Source of the DNA: a virus
Direction: 5' to 3' (one strand)
DNA: 64,000 bases
IMG/VR virus record: IMGVR_UViG_3300032257_000479
Span: 105,506-169,505 of that record
A model generated the notes under the pieces. It saw only the letters and a program-made list of their open reading frames with translations. It was not told where the DNA came from and did no database searches. The translations under genes were made by a program, and so were the position numbers. This document shows, in pieces, positions 51,422 to 61,470 of this stretch. How positions within the stretch are numbered: position 1 is the first letter of the stretch; each line of letters starts with the position of its first letter.

Positions 51422-51685
51422 TCAATTCGCCTCCAAGCATGCACAACCAGGATGATGTATCATAGTTGGCCTATAGTCGTCGTTGAGAACAATAATCAAA
51501 TGACCATCATGATTCATCGTTATTAACTCAATGCCGCCAGCTTCTGTAGATGATACCCATTGAGATTTTTGAGTAGCTTTATTCTCTTCGTCGATGCTGG
51601 TTATAATTCTAGCTATACCCAATAAACCTGCTCCTAACATAAGCATGCCTATAATGATTGTAACTATTGTAGCTTTTCCGCTCAT
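51422..51685 (-). CDS. membrane-anchored protein with H-x-G-H...H-x3-C-x-C tail
   Basis: Paralogue of the previous gene. Confidence 0.65.
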   Translation of the reverse strand: MSGKATIVTIIIGMLMLGAGLLGIARIITSIDEENKATQKSQWVSSTEAGGIELITMNHDGHLIIVLNDDYRPTMIHHPGCACLEAN

Positions 51686-51963
51686 TTCTTCAATCCTTTA
51701 TGCAAATCGTTTTTGTGAATTATTGGCAAAATGTCCTTCAGGTTCTTGTTGCCCTGAAAATAGAACCAACAAGACCTAATGCTGCCAGATTCAACATCTT
51801 TCTCAAATCTAGCCTTTTCTATTAACTGACGCTCGTTAAGCTTCGGTAAACGATTGAGTATGTATAAACGCTCCACAGTCGTTAAATACCCGCCATACTC
51901 ATTGTTGAGCGTGGGATACCTTGTGAGCTTTGCTCTTAAGATATTCTTTTCCTTATCCCTCAT
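51682..51963 (-). CDS. hypothetical protein
   Basis: AGGAG SD; ATGA overlap with the next gene. Confidence 0.6.
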   Translation of the reverse strand: MRDKEKNILRAKLTRYPTLNNEYGGYLTTVERLYILNRLPKLNERQLIEKARFEKDVESGSIRSCWFYFQGNKNLKDILPIIHKNDLHKGLKK

Positions 51964-51965
51964 GA

Positions 51966-52427
51966 CTACTCCTGATTAGGAATAGAAAGACTTGGACCGG
52001 CGACCATGCTACCCGAATCATCGTTGCCGTTGTAAAAAGACAAAGAATCATATTCATCTTTACCCGCGAGAATCTTTAGCACCTTATCTAGGACCATTAC
52101 CTTCTCTTCCATGCTATCGCCGTCATGCTGCCCATTCCGCATAATCTCATGAATAGCATGCTCTATTCGCTCTTTGCGTATCTCAGAAGCCACTCCTGCT
52201 GCCCCTAGCTGCTCGAAGCTCTTCCAAGATGACCAATGAGGTCTATTGAGGTCAAAGCCCTTAGAGCAAGGATCAGGGTCGCTGGTGACCCTATACGAGA
52301 TAGTTCCCTCGATCTTATCTATGTGTTTTGCTCGAATGATACCATATTTAACTCTTTCGTAGGGATCACCCATAAGGTCTTCAGTATCGATAGGACCCAA
52401 AATCATTGTCATGTCGCCGATTTCCAT
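51966..52427 (-). CDS. hypothetical protein
   Basis: AAGGA SD. Confidence 0.65.
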   Translation of the reverse strand: MEIGDMTMILGPIDTEDLMGDPYERVKYGIIRAKHIDKIEGTISYRVTSDPDPCSKGFDLNRPHWSSWKSFEQLGAAGVASEIRKERIEHAIHEIMRNGQHDGDSMEEKVMVLDKVLKILAGKDEYDSLSFYNGNDDSGSMVAGPSLSIPNQE

Positions 52428-52637
52428 AGTATTTTCCTTTCACTCAAGTATACCATTGGACTGATGCACCTGAAGCAGAGAAGCAAGATTTTTTCATTCT
52501 CCGCGAATTTTTGTTTCCAAGGTATACCATTCTTCGTATACATTTGTGTAAAAAAACATGAGCCAAACACTCCGGGTGAATGCTTCAGAGTGTATAATAG
52601 GGCTTTTCCCATTAACCGTCTTAAAGGAGACAAAACC

Positions 52638-53585
52638 GTGACAACTCTCAATCGATTACCCAAAATAAACGTCCAAGCCATGCCAGTATCCCATTCAGCT
52701 CCATTAATCAATGGAATGATCCGAATGTTTGATGAAAATGGCATTTGGTATGATGCCCCACAAACAACCGAAATCGTTATTCGATCATTTTCGCCAGAAC
52801 TTGCTCAAAAAATGGTTGATACCTACTCAAGACCAAATAGAACGGTTCGAACGCCAAGAGTAAAGAAATATCAAACCGCAATGGAAAGCGATCTATGGCA
52901 ACTCGCAAATACCATCCACTTCGATGTTGAAGGATTCCTCTGCGATGGACAACATCGAATGAGAGCAGTTGTTAAATCAGGTAAGACAGTCCCATTCCTC
53001 GTACAGTTCGGAACAACACAAGCTCAACTCAATACGCTCGACGAGGGAGCCTCCCGATCAAGCAAAGACGTTGCAGCAGTTCGAGGAGTAGACCTGCGAG
53101 GATCTGTTATCTCGGCTCTCTCATACATCCTAGAGTTCTCTGAGATCAAGCGAATCACTCCAAGAGAACATATCAGCATCTTTGAGGATAGACACCTTGA
53201 TGCAGCAAATTGGGTATGCGATAGACTCAAGAAAAGTCCATACAACAGCAATGTCGTTGCGGCTCTTTGTATTCGAGGATACTACAGTTGCAAAGACGAT
53301 TGGAATGCATTAGAACGACTTGAAAGCTTCATCAATATCTTCCAAGGGACAGCCTTTGCTTCAGATGAGGACGATTCAGCCGCAAACGTATTCAAAGAGC
53401 ATTTCCTTAACATGAAGAGACAGCGAAGCAGCGGACAGAATCGTAAAAAGATTCAGAGAAGCGGAGCTTACTGTCTCGATAAGTTCCTTAAGTATCAACC
53501 AGCGAAGAATGTTCGAAAAGGCGATCCGGTTAAGTTGTTCCCGTTGCCCGAAGAAAAAGCAAACGATGGACGAATAGTTATCTGA
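52638..53585 (+). CDS. ParB-like (DGQHR) domain protein
   Basis: NR.......Y...M....W.....I.FD..G.L.DGQHR..A. Start reassigned to GTG 52638 (AAGGAGA SD; TATAAT at 52593). Confidence 0.8.
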   Translation: MTTLNRLPKINVQAMPVSHSAPLINGMIRMFDENGIWYDAPQTTEIVIRSFSPELAQKMVDTYSRPNRTVRTPRVKKYQTAMESDLWQLANTIHFDVEGFLCDGQHRMRAVVKSGKTVPFLVQFGTTQAQLNTLDEGASRSSKDVAAVRGVDLRGSVISALSYILEFSEIKRITPREHISIFEDRHLDAANWVCDRLKKSPYNSNVVAALCIRGYYSCKDDWNALERLESFINIFQGTAFASDEDDSAANVFKEHFLNMKRQRSSGQNRKKIQRSGAYCLDKFLKYQPAKNVRKGDPVKLFPLPEEKANDGRIVI

Positions 53586-53615
53586 TCCATCTTCCCGCGA
53601 AATTTAATTCCTCAT

Positions 53616-53637
53616 AAGCCCTTTGATGGGCTTTTTT
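53616..53637 (+). terminator. intrinsic terminator
   Basis: AAGCCC-TTTGAT-GGGCTT followed by a T-run, after the ParB-like gene. Confidence 0.75.
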
Positions 53638-53921
53638 CATATCAATAGCATATCGTTGATATTGGCACTATCTAGTCTATAGCGTTGATTCCAATGAATA
53701 ATCAAAAAATAACGTTTCCTAAAATCCCAAAAAATAGCTGTGTCCATAAAAGCGAAATTTGGGTTTCCAGAACCATAGGAGTCCCTAAAAGCTATAATTG
53801 GGGGTATGGGGAGGGTATGCTTTTTTAATAAGATGGGTGACCCCCATGCCCCTAGTATATAACAAAGCCCCAACTTATTATAAGTCAGGGCAATGTAATG
53901 TTATATGTTTGACTTGTTATA

Positions 53922-54245
53922 TTACTCGAACGCTACCAGCATACTGACCGCATCATCGTCCTGGCCTGTTGGCTCAATGTAATCGAGGACCAGCATTTGA
54001 GCAGCCTCATCAGTCATTGATCTCCGCTCTCTGTTTTCTTGATCGGTCTCAATCTCTGCATTGATTACCTTGAATGATCGAGCTGTAAGCTGTTCGATGC
54101 TCTCCGCTCTTACTTGGAACTCTCCTGATCCATTGCTTGTTGATGTATCAAAGCGTTCTGTTGGATCGCCTTCGGGGAAGTCATCTTCCATAACTCTGGC
54201 TGGACATGATACGGATACGATGAGGGTTGGAACTAAAATTCGCAT
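53922..54245 (-). CDS. small array gene, hypothetical
   Basis: AAGGAGA SD after a repeat unit. Confidence 0.7.
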   Translation of the reverse strand: MRILVPTLIVSVSCPARVMEDDFPEGDPTERFDTSTSNGSGEFQVRAESIEQLTARSFKVINAEIETDQENRERRSMTDEAAQMLVLDYIEPTGQDDDAVSMLVAFE

Positions 54246-54343
54246 GGTTTATCTCCTTTGTTATCTCTCATTGGGTATTGCTGTTCATCGGTGATTACTG
54301 AGCACCCATCTTATTGTTGTGTTTCCCCTTTCGGGGTTGAGGT

Positions 54344-54649
54344 TTAGTCCTGTCCTACCCAATATACCGTGTTTCCCTTTTGGAGTTCTTCGAGGGTTGA
54401 TTGGACTTGGTATGCTGAATCCCAATAAACTTTGCCGATTTTTGTGTAGTTTCCATCGTCGTCTTGCTCTCCCTCTTGAGTGATGATTGATCCATCTGTG
54501 AGGGCTCCGACGACTTCTGGTGGTATCCATTCCCATTCATTACAAGTATAATCTTCAAATACTTGTCCGAGGTCTGTGCATTCCTTGAGTTCTTCTAAGT
54601 CATCAGGAACGATTTGCAAGCCTTTGTCTGTCTCTGTGATTGTGATCAT
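54344..54649 (-). CDS. small array gene, hypothetical
   Basis: AAGGAGA SD after a repeat unit. Confidence 0.7.
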   Translation of the reverse strand: MITITETDKGLQIVPDDLEELKECTDLGQVFEDYTCNEWEWIPPEVVGALTDGSIITQEGEQDDDGNYTKIGKVYWDSAYQVQSTLEELQKGNTVYWVGQD

Positions 54650-54689
54650 GATTTGATCTCCTTTGTTGTCTTACAATGGAGTTTTCATT

Positions 54690-55091
54690 TCATCGGTGAA
54701 TTTTTTCTCTCAGTTTTTCTGTATGTTTCTTTAACCGCTTTGGGACTTCAATAAGATTATATCCAATGGATTCTAATTCTTTTCGGATTGGTTCTATTTC
54801 TTTTTCTGTTGGTTTTGTTGTTGAATATTTTAGGTCGCCGCTTTGTGAGTATTTCCATTGTTGTGAATAACTAGCGCAATACAATATATTGTTAGTTGTT
54901 GGTATTTCGGGGAATACTGCAATAACTTTCCCTCCAGCTTTAAACTTTCGATAATAGACAATGAGATCATCTTTTTGATCTAGAACATTTTGCATATGTT
55001 CATTTGCTTTTCCTTGATGCTCAGAGATGTCTATATTATCCCAATCCCAATCTTTCGGGTCTCCGATTTCTTTTCCTTGAACATTCTTCAT
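54690..55091 (-). CDS. small array gene, hypothetical
   Basis: Start reassigned to MKNVQG; stop lies inside the CACCGATGA box. Confidence 0.6.
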   Translation of the reverse strand: MKNVQGKEIGDPKDWDWDNIDISEHQGKANEHMQNVLDQKDDLIVYYRKFKAGGKVIAVFPEIPTTNNILYCASYSQQWKYSQSGDLKYSTTKPTEKEIEPIRKELESIGYNLIEVPKRLKKHTEKLREKIHR

Positions 55092-55092
55092 A

Positions 55093-55338
55093 TTAAGACT
55101 TTTTGTTTCTGTGTTCTTGGTTTCCCATTTCAGCCTTGATGAATCGCCGGTGGTTGGAGGGCTTTTCATCCTTATTAAACCATTTGATGAGGTCTTTACC
55201 GTATTGGTTGATATCTCCATTGAAGTGTGGTTGTTGTCCGTGTCCTCTGATTGTTTTGCCTGGTCCTTCTTCTCTTTCGATGTGTTCCCAGTCGATCTCT
55301 CCGTTTGAGTATTCTACTTGTATGCTGAATGATGTCAT
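55093..55338 (-). CDS. small array gene, hypothetical
   Basis: AAGGAGA SD. Confidence 0.65.
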   Translation of the reverse strand: MTSFSIQVEYSNGEIDWEHIEREEGPGKTIRGHGQQPHFNGDINQYGKDLIKWFNKDEKPSNHRRFIKAEMGNQEHRNKKS

Positions 55339-55364
55339 TGTTTTGTCTCCTTGTTATTATCTAT

Positions 55365-55655
55365 TCATTCCGCGAGAATATCGGTGAAATCAATATCATT
55401 GATAATGATCCATGCAACGGTTTGTCTGATTGTTGTTTTGATGAGTCGTCCTTTTCCATCTTCTCTTAGATATTCAGCTTGTCCTAAGTATCCAAATGTC
55501 CAGCCTAGATGGTTGATTCCCTCATTGATAAGAGCAGTCTGCTCTCTGGCAGTCATATCCTCATAATTCCCGAGAACCTTGCTCATTTGGTCGTCTGTTG
55601 CTGGCTCTAAGTTATCGAACTTGTATGATTTGCAGATGATGTTAGCTGAGGGCAT
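55365..55655 (-). CDS. small array gene, hypothetical
   Basis: AAGGAGA SD. Confidence 0.7.
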   Translation of the reverse strand: MPSANIICKSYKFDNLEPATDDQMSKVLGNYEDMTAREQTALINEGINHLGWTFGYLGQAEYLREDGKGRLIKTTIRQTVAWIIINDIDFTDILAE

Positions 55656-55764
55656 CGTTGTTCTCCTTGCCTCTTATCTATTTGTTTTATTTATCGGTGA
55701 GCTGGCTATCCACCCATCTTAGTATGGTTAAACCCCTTATGGGGTAAACCTGTCAACTCCCTTC

Positions 55765-56031
55765 CTATTTATCTACTGGTGCTTTTTTGAGCATTGAGAT
55801 TACGGTATCAATGTTCTCGATTTCTTCATCTGGTCCCTCATAATCATCTGGGGACTCTTCTACTCGTTCTTTGCATCCTTCGAGCCATTGGATGCTATTG
55901 GTTCGATGCTCTTCGGTTTGGACTTTGAGCGGGCCTTCTCCGCTGAATCCATACATACATGCTCCTGGGTCTCCTCCTGTCATATATGATCCCCAAGTTG
56001 CCATGAATTGAACCGCTTCTTGATCGTTCAT
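55765..56031 (-). CDS. small array gene, hypothetical
   Basis: AGGGAGA SD; WGSYM..GDPGACMYGF. Confidence 0.7.
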   Translation of the reverse strand: MNDQEAVQFMATWGSYMTGGDPGACMYGFSGEGPLKVQTEEHRTNSIQWLEGCKERVEESPDDYEGPDEEIENIDTVISMLKKAPVDK

Positions 56032-56071
56032 TGTATTTCTCCCTTTGTTATCTTACAATGGGTGCCCGTGT

Positions 56072-56251
56072 TTATCGGTGATTATTCCGCTTGATGAGTT
56101 CGCTTGTATCTTTGCTTCTCTTATCGAGTTGGCATTTAGTATGGGTTGTGAAGAGTTTGGTGTAGTCTGAGGGTTTGCCGCCGTGTTTCTTAGCTCGTTC
56201 TTTGGCGGAAGGGATGAGTTTGATTGGTTTGTTGCAAATTGAGCAGTTCAT
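56072..56251 (-). CDS. small array gene (59 aa, CxxC...H..C, possible Zn binding)
   Basis: Below the track cut-off. MNCSICNKPIKLIPSAKERAKKHGG...HTKC...NNHR; AAGGAGA SD. Confidence 0.7.
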   Translation of the reverse strand: MNCSICNKPIKLIPSAKERAKKHGGKPSDYTKLFTTHTKCQLDKRSKDTSELIKRNNHR

Positions 56252-56377
56252 GATTATCTCCTTGTTATTATATATTCTTTCCGCGGGAATATCGGTGATG
56301 GCTATTCACTCATCTTATTATGGTTCCCCTTCAACCCGTATAATCACGGGAGGGCTCATATAGAGCAGGGGATGGAA

Positions 56378-56641
56378 TTATTCAAACGATAGCATACCTT
56401 CTATCAACGCTTGTTCATATCCGAATACTGATTCTTCTTCGCAAGATTCGCATTCATATTCTCTTGCATCCGGTTCGCAACCGTATTGGGTTTCTCCGCA
56501 ACATAGGCAGATTCCCATACAATCATCTTGCCCTTCCATGAAATCCTCTTGGGTCATGGATTGTGCTTTACGCCTTGCTTTGGGCTTTACTGGTTTCCAT
56601 TCTGAAACTGGTCCGCCTTCTCTTACTTGATTCTCGTTCAT
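56378..56641 (-). CDS. Zn-ribbon small protein
   Basis: GICLCCG....CEPDA..YECESC....VFG. Confidence 0.75.
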   Translation of the reverse strand: MNENQVREGGPVSEWKPVKPKARRKAQSMTQEDFMEGQDDCMGICLCCGETQYGCEPDAREYECESCEEESVFGYEQALIEGMLSFE

Positions 56642-56739
56642 GGTATTGTCTCCTTGTTACTACTCATTGGAGCATTGATATCATCGGTGAATAGATTTCA
56701 CTCATCTTATTATGAGGGTTCCCCTTATGGGGAGGGCAT

Positions 56740-57147
56740 TTAGTTCATATTATGTTCATCCATCTCTGTGATTTCTCCGTGAAAGTCTTCAAGAACAAGA
56801 TAGGCTGATACGATCCGATCTTGAGCGAGTTCAGCATCTCTTCCCATTTTTCCTGGTCTTGGATCTGCTGCATTGATAATTTCTGATCCCTCATCTATGG
56901 CATCGTTGTATTCTCTGATGGCTTCTTTGCGTTCTTCTCTTGCTGCTTGAATCCTTGGGAATCGTTCTAGTAGTTCTTCTGTCTCTCTGTCGTAGGCCTC
57001 TAGTGCCTTCTTTGCTAGTTCGAGGCTATGAGCCAATACTTCTCGATACTCTTTGCGTTCTTCTCTGACTTGCCTTTTGACCTTGATTCTTTCTCTTGCT
57101 GCTTCTTGGCGCTCTCTTGCTTCTTCGTTTGGGTCAATGATTCTCAT
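56740..57147 (-). CDS. coiled-coil small array protein
   Basis: AAGGAGA SD; E/R-rich helices. Confidence 0.7.
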   Translation of the reverse strand: MRIIDPNEEARERQEAARERIKVKRQVREERKEYREVLAHSLELAKKALEAYDRETEELLERFPRIQAAREERKEAIREYNDAIDEGSEIINAADPRPGKMGRDAELAQDRIVSAYLVLEDFHGEITEMDEHNMN

Positions 57148-57293
57148 AGTATTCTCCTTGTTATTATTTATTGTAGTTTATTCGTCATCGGTGAGGATAT
57201 TTTCACTCATCTTATTATTCCGCGAGAATATAAAGAAACCCCATTGCTGGGGCTGTTGAGGGTTTATGCTTACTCATTTCATTCGCAAGAATG

Positions 57294-57434
57294 TTATGCT
57301 GCGTCGATGAATGAGCCGGATGGAATATCTGCGAGGGTTTCGCAAGTTTCTTTGGCGGTATTGTATGCTTCGTCGATGCTCATTCCGGTTGAGATGAGTT
57401 GGAGAGTAAGAGAGAGGAATTCGTAACCGTTCAT
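57294..57434 (-). CDS. small array gene, hypothetical
   Basis: Start reassigned to MNGYEF (AACAAGGA SD). Confidence 0.55.
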   Translation of the reverse strand: MNGYEFLSLTLQLISTGMSIDEAYNTAKETCETLADIPSGSFIDAA

Positions 57435-57563
57435 GATTGTATCCTTGTTTGTTTTGTAAGAGGTCATTCCCTTACCCTCTATATTTGATACCCGAATCCA
57501 TCGGTGAATCTTATAACAAGCCTCCACCCATCTTAGTATAGGGTTTGCCCTTTCGGGCGTTTG

Positions 57564-57749
57564 TCAATCTGTTGTTATTTCTCTCTGCATAACATAGACT
57601 GTTCGGAGATTGAATCCTCTTGGTAAGACTTGAACAAGCATCCAACCCTCTTCTCCCATCTTCTCTACATTATCTGGAAGATAACTAGAATCGTATGGAT
57701 TCGCTTTATCATTGTCTGCTGTTACATTCTCAAATTCGTATTTTTTCAT
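57564..57749 (-). CDS. DUF4177-like small protein
   Basis: YEF...MGEEGW.LVQV.........M.RE. Confidence 0.65.
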   Translation of the reverse strand: MKKYEFENVTADNDKANPYDSSYLPDNVEKMGEEGWMLVQVLPRGFNLRTVYVMQREITTD

Positions 57750-58078
57750 GCTTCTACCCGTTCTTTCTGATCTTTAATGGTTTCTGCCGCTCTAACCATA
57801 CCAACAATCTCTGCGCCAGGGAAACAAAGATCTGGCAAATGAATCATCAGCATAGTTTGCAACAGTTTCTTTGATTCCATGTCTCCGTTCTTAACCTTTT
57901 CTCCAAGTTCTCGTATTTCGGCTGCAACTTTGGGAGCGCTTGTATTTCGGATAATACAAGTTCCATACAATCCATCGTCAATGGCTGCTACTAGGGGATC
58001 TTCTCCCTTTTTAACTGCAATTGCTATTCGTTCTTTGGTTGTCAATGGTTCAAATGGTATTGGCTGATAATAACTCAT
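57746..58078 (-). CDS. small array gene, hypothetical
   Basis: Start reassigned to MSYYQP (ATGA overlap). Confidence 0.6.
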   Translation of the reverse strand: MSYYQPIPFEPLTTKERIAIAVKKGEDPLVAAIDDGLYGTCIIRNTSAPKVAAEIRELGEKVKNGDMESKKLLQTMLMIHLPDLCFPGAEIVGMVRAAETIKDQKERVEA

Positions 58079-58326
58079 GCTTCTACCCATTCTCCCTGAT
58101 CCTTCAGGGCCTGCTCTGACATATGACCCCATCCAAAGTCTTCTCCATAAGTATCAATCATGAATTGCATACCGATATTGTATACGGCTGTCTTTGGATG
58201 ATGATCGAATGGGACAAGCGGACTTCCCTTTACGGTTGACCATACGCAAATCGTATCGCCTGTTTCTGTTTCAAACAGAACTGTATGAGGGCCGCAGTTG
58301 ACTTTACAATATTTGAAATCTGACAT
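58075..58326 (-). CDS. small array gene, hypothetical
   Basis: AAGGAGA SD. Confidence 0.7.
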   Translation of the reverse strand: MSDFKYCKVNCGPHTVLFETETGDTICVWSTVKGSPLVPFDHHPKTAVYNIGMQFMIDTYGEDFGWGHMSEQALKDQGEWVEA

Positions 58327-58465
58327 AGTAGTCTCCTTGTTGCTTTATATTCTCCCGCGGAAATTATCGGTGAATCTATCTATTCACCCATCTTACTTGT
58401 ATGTCTAAAAAAATTTGGTATAAAAAAATCCCCCATAATCGGGGGACTCTCTGAGAATCATTCTC

Positions 58466-59380
58466 CTATGCGAATGCCAATTCTCCGGACTTCGCTACGG
58501 CTTTATCAGCGAGGGAAAGAACGATACGATCCATTGATGATGGACTCTTTTTGCGGGGAGCATCATGCTGGACATATCCTTGGATAGCGTTGTGTGCTTC
58601 CCAAGCCGTTGCTTCTCGGGGGTTCGTTGATTCGATCCCAAGTTGGCGGCGTTCTCTGTAGAGTCGGGACATAATCGCTTCAATCCTACGCTCTGCGCGT
58701 CCGATGGTATTCTTGGTAGCGTCATCGCTTACCGGATAAACTTCTCGGATGAAAGCCGCCATATCAACTTTTTTGCGTTGAGCATTATCAATGGCAGCGT
58801 ATACATTTTCCCCATGACTGAGGACATTTCGGAAATCCTCAATAAGATTTGGCATTTTATCCCGCAACGCTGCTGTGTGGCGAATCTTTCGACTAATGCA
58901 ACGCCCCTGGACTGGGACCGCCATGAGATTCCGACAAATCATCCGAAAGATTCCGAACTCTGCTGAGAACGCTTTGCCATCGTATGATGCTTTGATGATC
59001 ATGCGAGGAACATATACATCCTTCAAACTTCCATTTTTTGCATGATGATCCCATACAGATCGTTGATGATCGGCGGATGGGGCAACGGTAATAAAGTGTC
59101 CATTATACCAACTTGCTTTGACTTCGCTGGTTCCCCCAAACGCTTCGGAGCTTGCTTCTACCAAAGCGGATACATCATCGAGGGTATGTGGCTCATATCC
59201 GGATTTTACCGCTGAGCCGATACATGCCATTGAGTCGGATCGGAACAATCCAAAATGATCCGTAGGCAAATTATCTGGGCCGCTTAGACGATACTTGTCA
59301 ACCGAGAATGGGAAAGTCTCTCGGAGCTGTGCAGCGATGTCAGAATTGTTGAGGAGGACGCTTTTTGTTTGAGTCTGCAT
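58466..59380 (-). CDS. DUF932-family protein
   Basis: RSD.....G..V..GY.P, S.DG, R.IC.N, IRHT, TAW.A.NA...Y..H. Start probably MQTQT. Confidence 0.8.
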   Translation of the reverse strand: MQTQTKSVLLNNSDIAAQLRETFPFSVDKYRLSGPDNLPTDHFGLFRSDSMACIGSAVKSGYEPHTLDDVSALVEASSEAFGGTSEVKASWYNGHFITVAPSADHQRSVWDHHAKNGSLKDVYVPRMIIKASYDGKAFSAEFGIFRMICRNLMAVPVQGRCISRKIRHTAALRDKMPNLIEDFRNVLSHGENVYAAIDNAQRKKVDMAAFIREVYPVSDDATKNTIGRAERRIEAIMSRLYRERRQLGIESTNPREATAWEAHNAIQGYVQHDAPRKKSPSSMDRIVLSLADKAVAKSGELAFA

Positions 59381-59566
59381 TTTGAATCCTTTGTTCGAGG
59401 TCATTCTCGATACATCTTATTCATATGCTTTAGATTTCGGTGATTCCCATGAGAATTATTGCGGTTGGATTTTGTTTGGTTTTGGAGCCGATTGCCCACC
59501 CATCTTACTGTGGGCCGTCCCTCGACCCCGACAAGCGGGGGAGAGACAACAAGGGATCGTGATTTG

Positions 59567-59890
59567 TTAGAGTATTGATACTATGCTGTTGGCTGATCCG
59601 ATTTTGTCGCCTGAGTTTGGGATGGCTTCCATACATTGATCTACGATCTCTTGCGGGACATCAATCTCTTTTCCTCCCATGAATGGAGTGACTGATGCGA
59701 ACATTGGGTGACCTTTTCCGTTGCTAATCATTCCCTTGTTTGTTTTCAGGTCAATTTTAAGTGCCCGTTTATCGCTTTGAACGAATAGGAATTGTTCTCC
59801 TGATTCTTGGTTGTATGATCGTGGATATACTGACCAGTTTACTGCCTTACGCATCGGGCCGACTTTGAAGTTTACTCTTTTGGTTTGCAT
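59567..59890 (-). CDS. small array gene, hypothetical
   Basis: AAGGAGA SD. Confidence 0.7.
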   Translation of the reverse strand: MQTKRVNFKVGPMRKAVNWSVYPRSYNQESGEQFLFVQSDKRALKIDLKTNKGMISNGKGHPMFASVTPFMGGKEIDVPQEIVDQCMEAIPNSGDKIGSANSIVSIL

Positions 59891-59907
59891 GATTGTCTCC
59901 TTTGTTA

Positions 59908-60201
59908 CTACTCATTGGCTTTCTGAGCAATTCGGTGGATAATATTCTCTGCTGTAACTTGACAGGTAAATGCGTCCTTGATGGCATCATATGCCTGGTA
60001 TTCATCTGCGAAGTGTCCCAAGTCTTTGGATCCGCTTGGTTCATTCTTATCTTTGAGCAATGCGTGATGTTTGAGGGATTTATCCTCTTGTTCTCCTGTC
60101 CCTGGATAGTTAATGGTTCCTACCCTTACATCTCCGCAGTTTACAAAATGTGTGGTGGCGCATGATTTGATGAGTTCAAAATCTGGTACTAATCGTATCA
60201 T
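59908..60201 (-). CDS. small array gene, hypothetical
   Basis: Start reassigned to MIRLVP (AAGGAGA SD). Confidence 0.65.
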   Translation of the reverse strand: MIRLVPDFELIKSCATTHFVNCGDVRVGTINYPGTGEQEDKSLKHHALLKDKNEPSGSKDLGHFADEYQAYDAIKDAFTCQVTAENIIHRIAQKANE

Positions 60202-60366
60202 TGTTTTCTCCTTGTTGTTTATTATTTGTCCGCGAGAAATATCGGTGTTTCCCATTCAGTGGAGGCGGTTCAGTGACACCCATCTTACTATAGAAAAACC
60301 CTTTTCAGGGCGTTGACAGGTAGAAAAATTTGGATATTGTGAGTTTTCTTTTCTGTCAAACTTAGT

Positions 60367-60660
60367 TTATGATTCAGAGACATTTTCAACAATAGGAATA
60401 CCATTTGTGTCAAGGTAGATTGACTCGGATTCCCCATTTTCTGGGTCTCCGACAATCTCTACCGCCGAAAATGAAGAACGACCAGGCATTGTAGAAATTA
60501 AATAGTGCCTTCCATCTAACACATATTCTTCTTCATGTCCCTCATTATTTTCTCCAATAGGCCATCCCCCATCTCCTACCCCTTGAGATAATACCGTATC
60601 AAGATCGTGATGATCCATAGTCAAAAGTTTGTTTTTTGCTTTCTCATATTGCGTTTCCAT
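60367..60660 (-). CDS. small array gene, hypothetical
   Basis: AAGGAGA SD. Confidence 0.7.
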   Translation of the reverse strand: METQYEKAKNKLLTMDHHDLDTVLSQGVGDGGWPIGENNEGHEEEYVLDGRHYLISTMPGRSSFSAVEIVGDPENGESESIYLDTNGIPIVENVSES

Positions 60661-60708
60661 TATTGTCTCCTTTGTTATTCAATATAGAATATTAAAAAAT
60701 ATCGGTGA

Positions 60709-61050
60709 TTATTGTATAATACGATATGCAAATCGTTCTGGCAGTGGGTTCTTGAATTTTTCAATCCAAAGTTTTTCAATTTCCGCATGGCTTAGGGGGC
60801 CGATGCTTAGAGCATCCTTGCGAGTTGGGAATCCGAGTTCGATAACAGCGCAACAATCTTCAATACTGGAAGAATATGGGCTAATGTCGATTGACTTGGA
60901 ATCTTTATAGTTTGGGTTTCCCAAGTCTTGACGGCCTACATCCCAAGTGCCTGGCGGATACGCATAATGATATATCTTAGAGCAATCATCTTCCCGCTCT
61001 ACTTCCATGCGGATCAACCAACCGTTGAAACTGATATTTGATTCGTCCAT
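60709..61050 (-). CDS. small array gene, hypothetical
   Basis: AAGGAGA SD; stop abuts the next box. Confidence 0.7.
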   Translation of the reverse strand: MDESNISFNGWLIRMEVEREDDCSKIYHYAYPPGTWDVGRQDLGNPNYKDSKSIDISPYSSSIEDCCAVIELGFPTRKDALSIGPLSHAEIEKLWIEKFKNPLPERFAYRIIQ

Positions 61051-61137
61051 TGTATTCTCCTTGTTGCTTTACATTGTCGAATCGGTTTTATCGGTGATGA
61101 TTTCCACCCATCCTATTATGGCCAGCCCTTTCGGGTC

Positions 61138-61359
61138 TTAGGACAAGTCCTCGACGACGACGATTGATTTACCCTTCGCCTCCGCTTCCTGGAACGCCTC
61201 CGCCATGCTGAAACTGCATCGAGGCTTGCCATAATAATGAGCGTCGTGCTTCGCAACATACGCCTTGACGATTCGGCATTCTTCGTCGTAGTCCATAGAG
61301 AGAAGATCATCGCCGAGAATTTCGCATACGCTTACAGATTTGATTTCATTTTTTGACAT
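61138..61359 (-). CDS. small array gene, hypothetical
   Basis: Start reassigned to MSKNEI (AAGGAGA SD). Confidence 0.65.
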   Translation of the reverse strand: MSKNEIKSVSVCEILGDDLLSMDYDEECRIVKAYVAKHDAHYYGKPRCSFSMAEAFQEAEAKGKSIVVVEDLS

Positions 61360-61470
61360 TGTTTGTCTCCTTGATACTCCACAGCGGGGACCTGAGAAAT
61401 TCGGTGAGTATGACAGTGAACCGCAGTTCCCACCCATCCTAGTATATGGGTTCCCCTTATGGGGATACTC

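Noticed and set aside
52236-52637. N-terminal 134 codons of the 449-aa ORF
   Set aside because: They overlap an opposite-strand gene and the promoter region; a strong SD points to GTG 52638.
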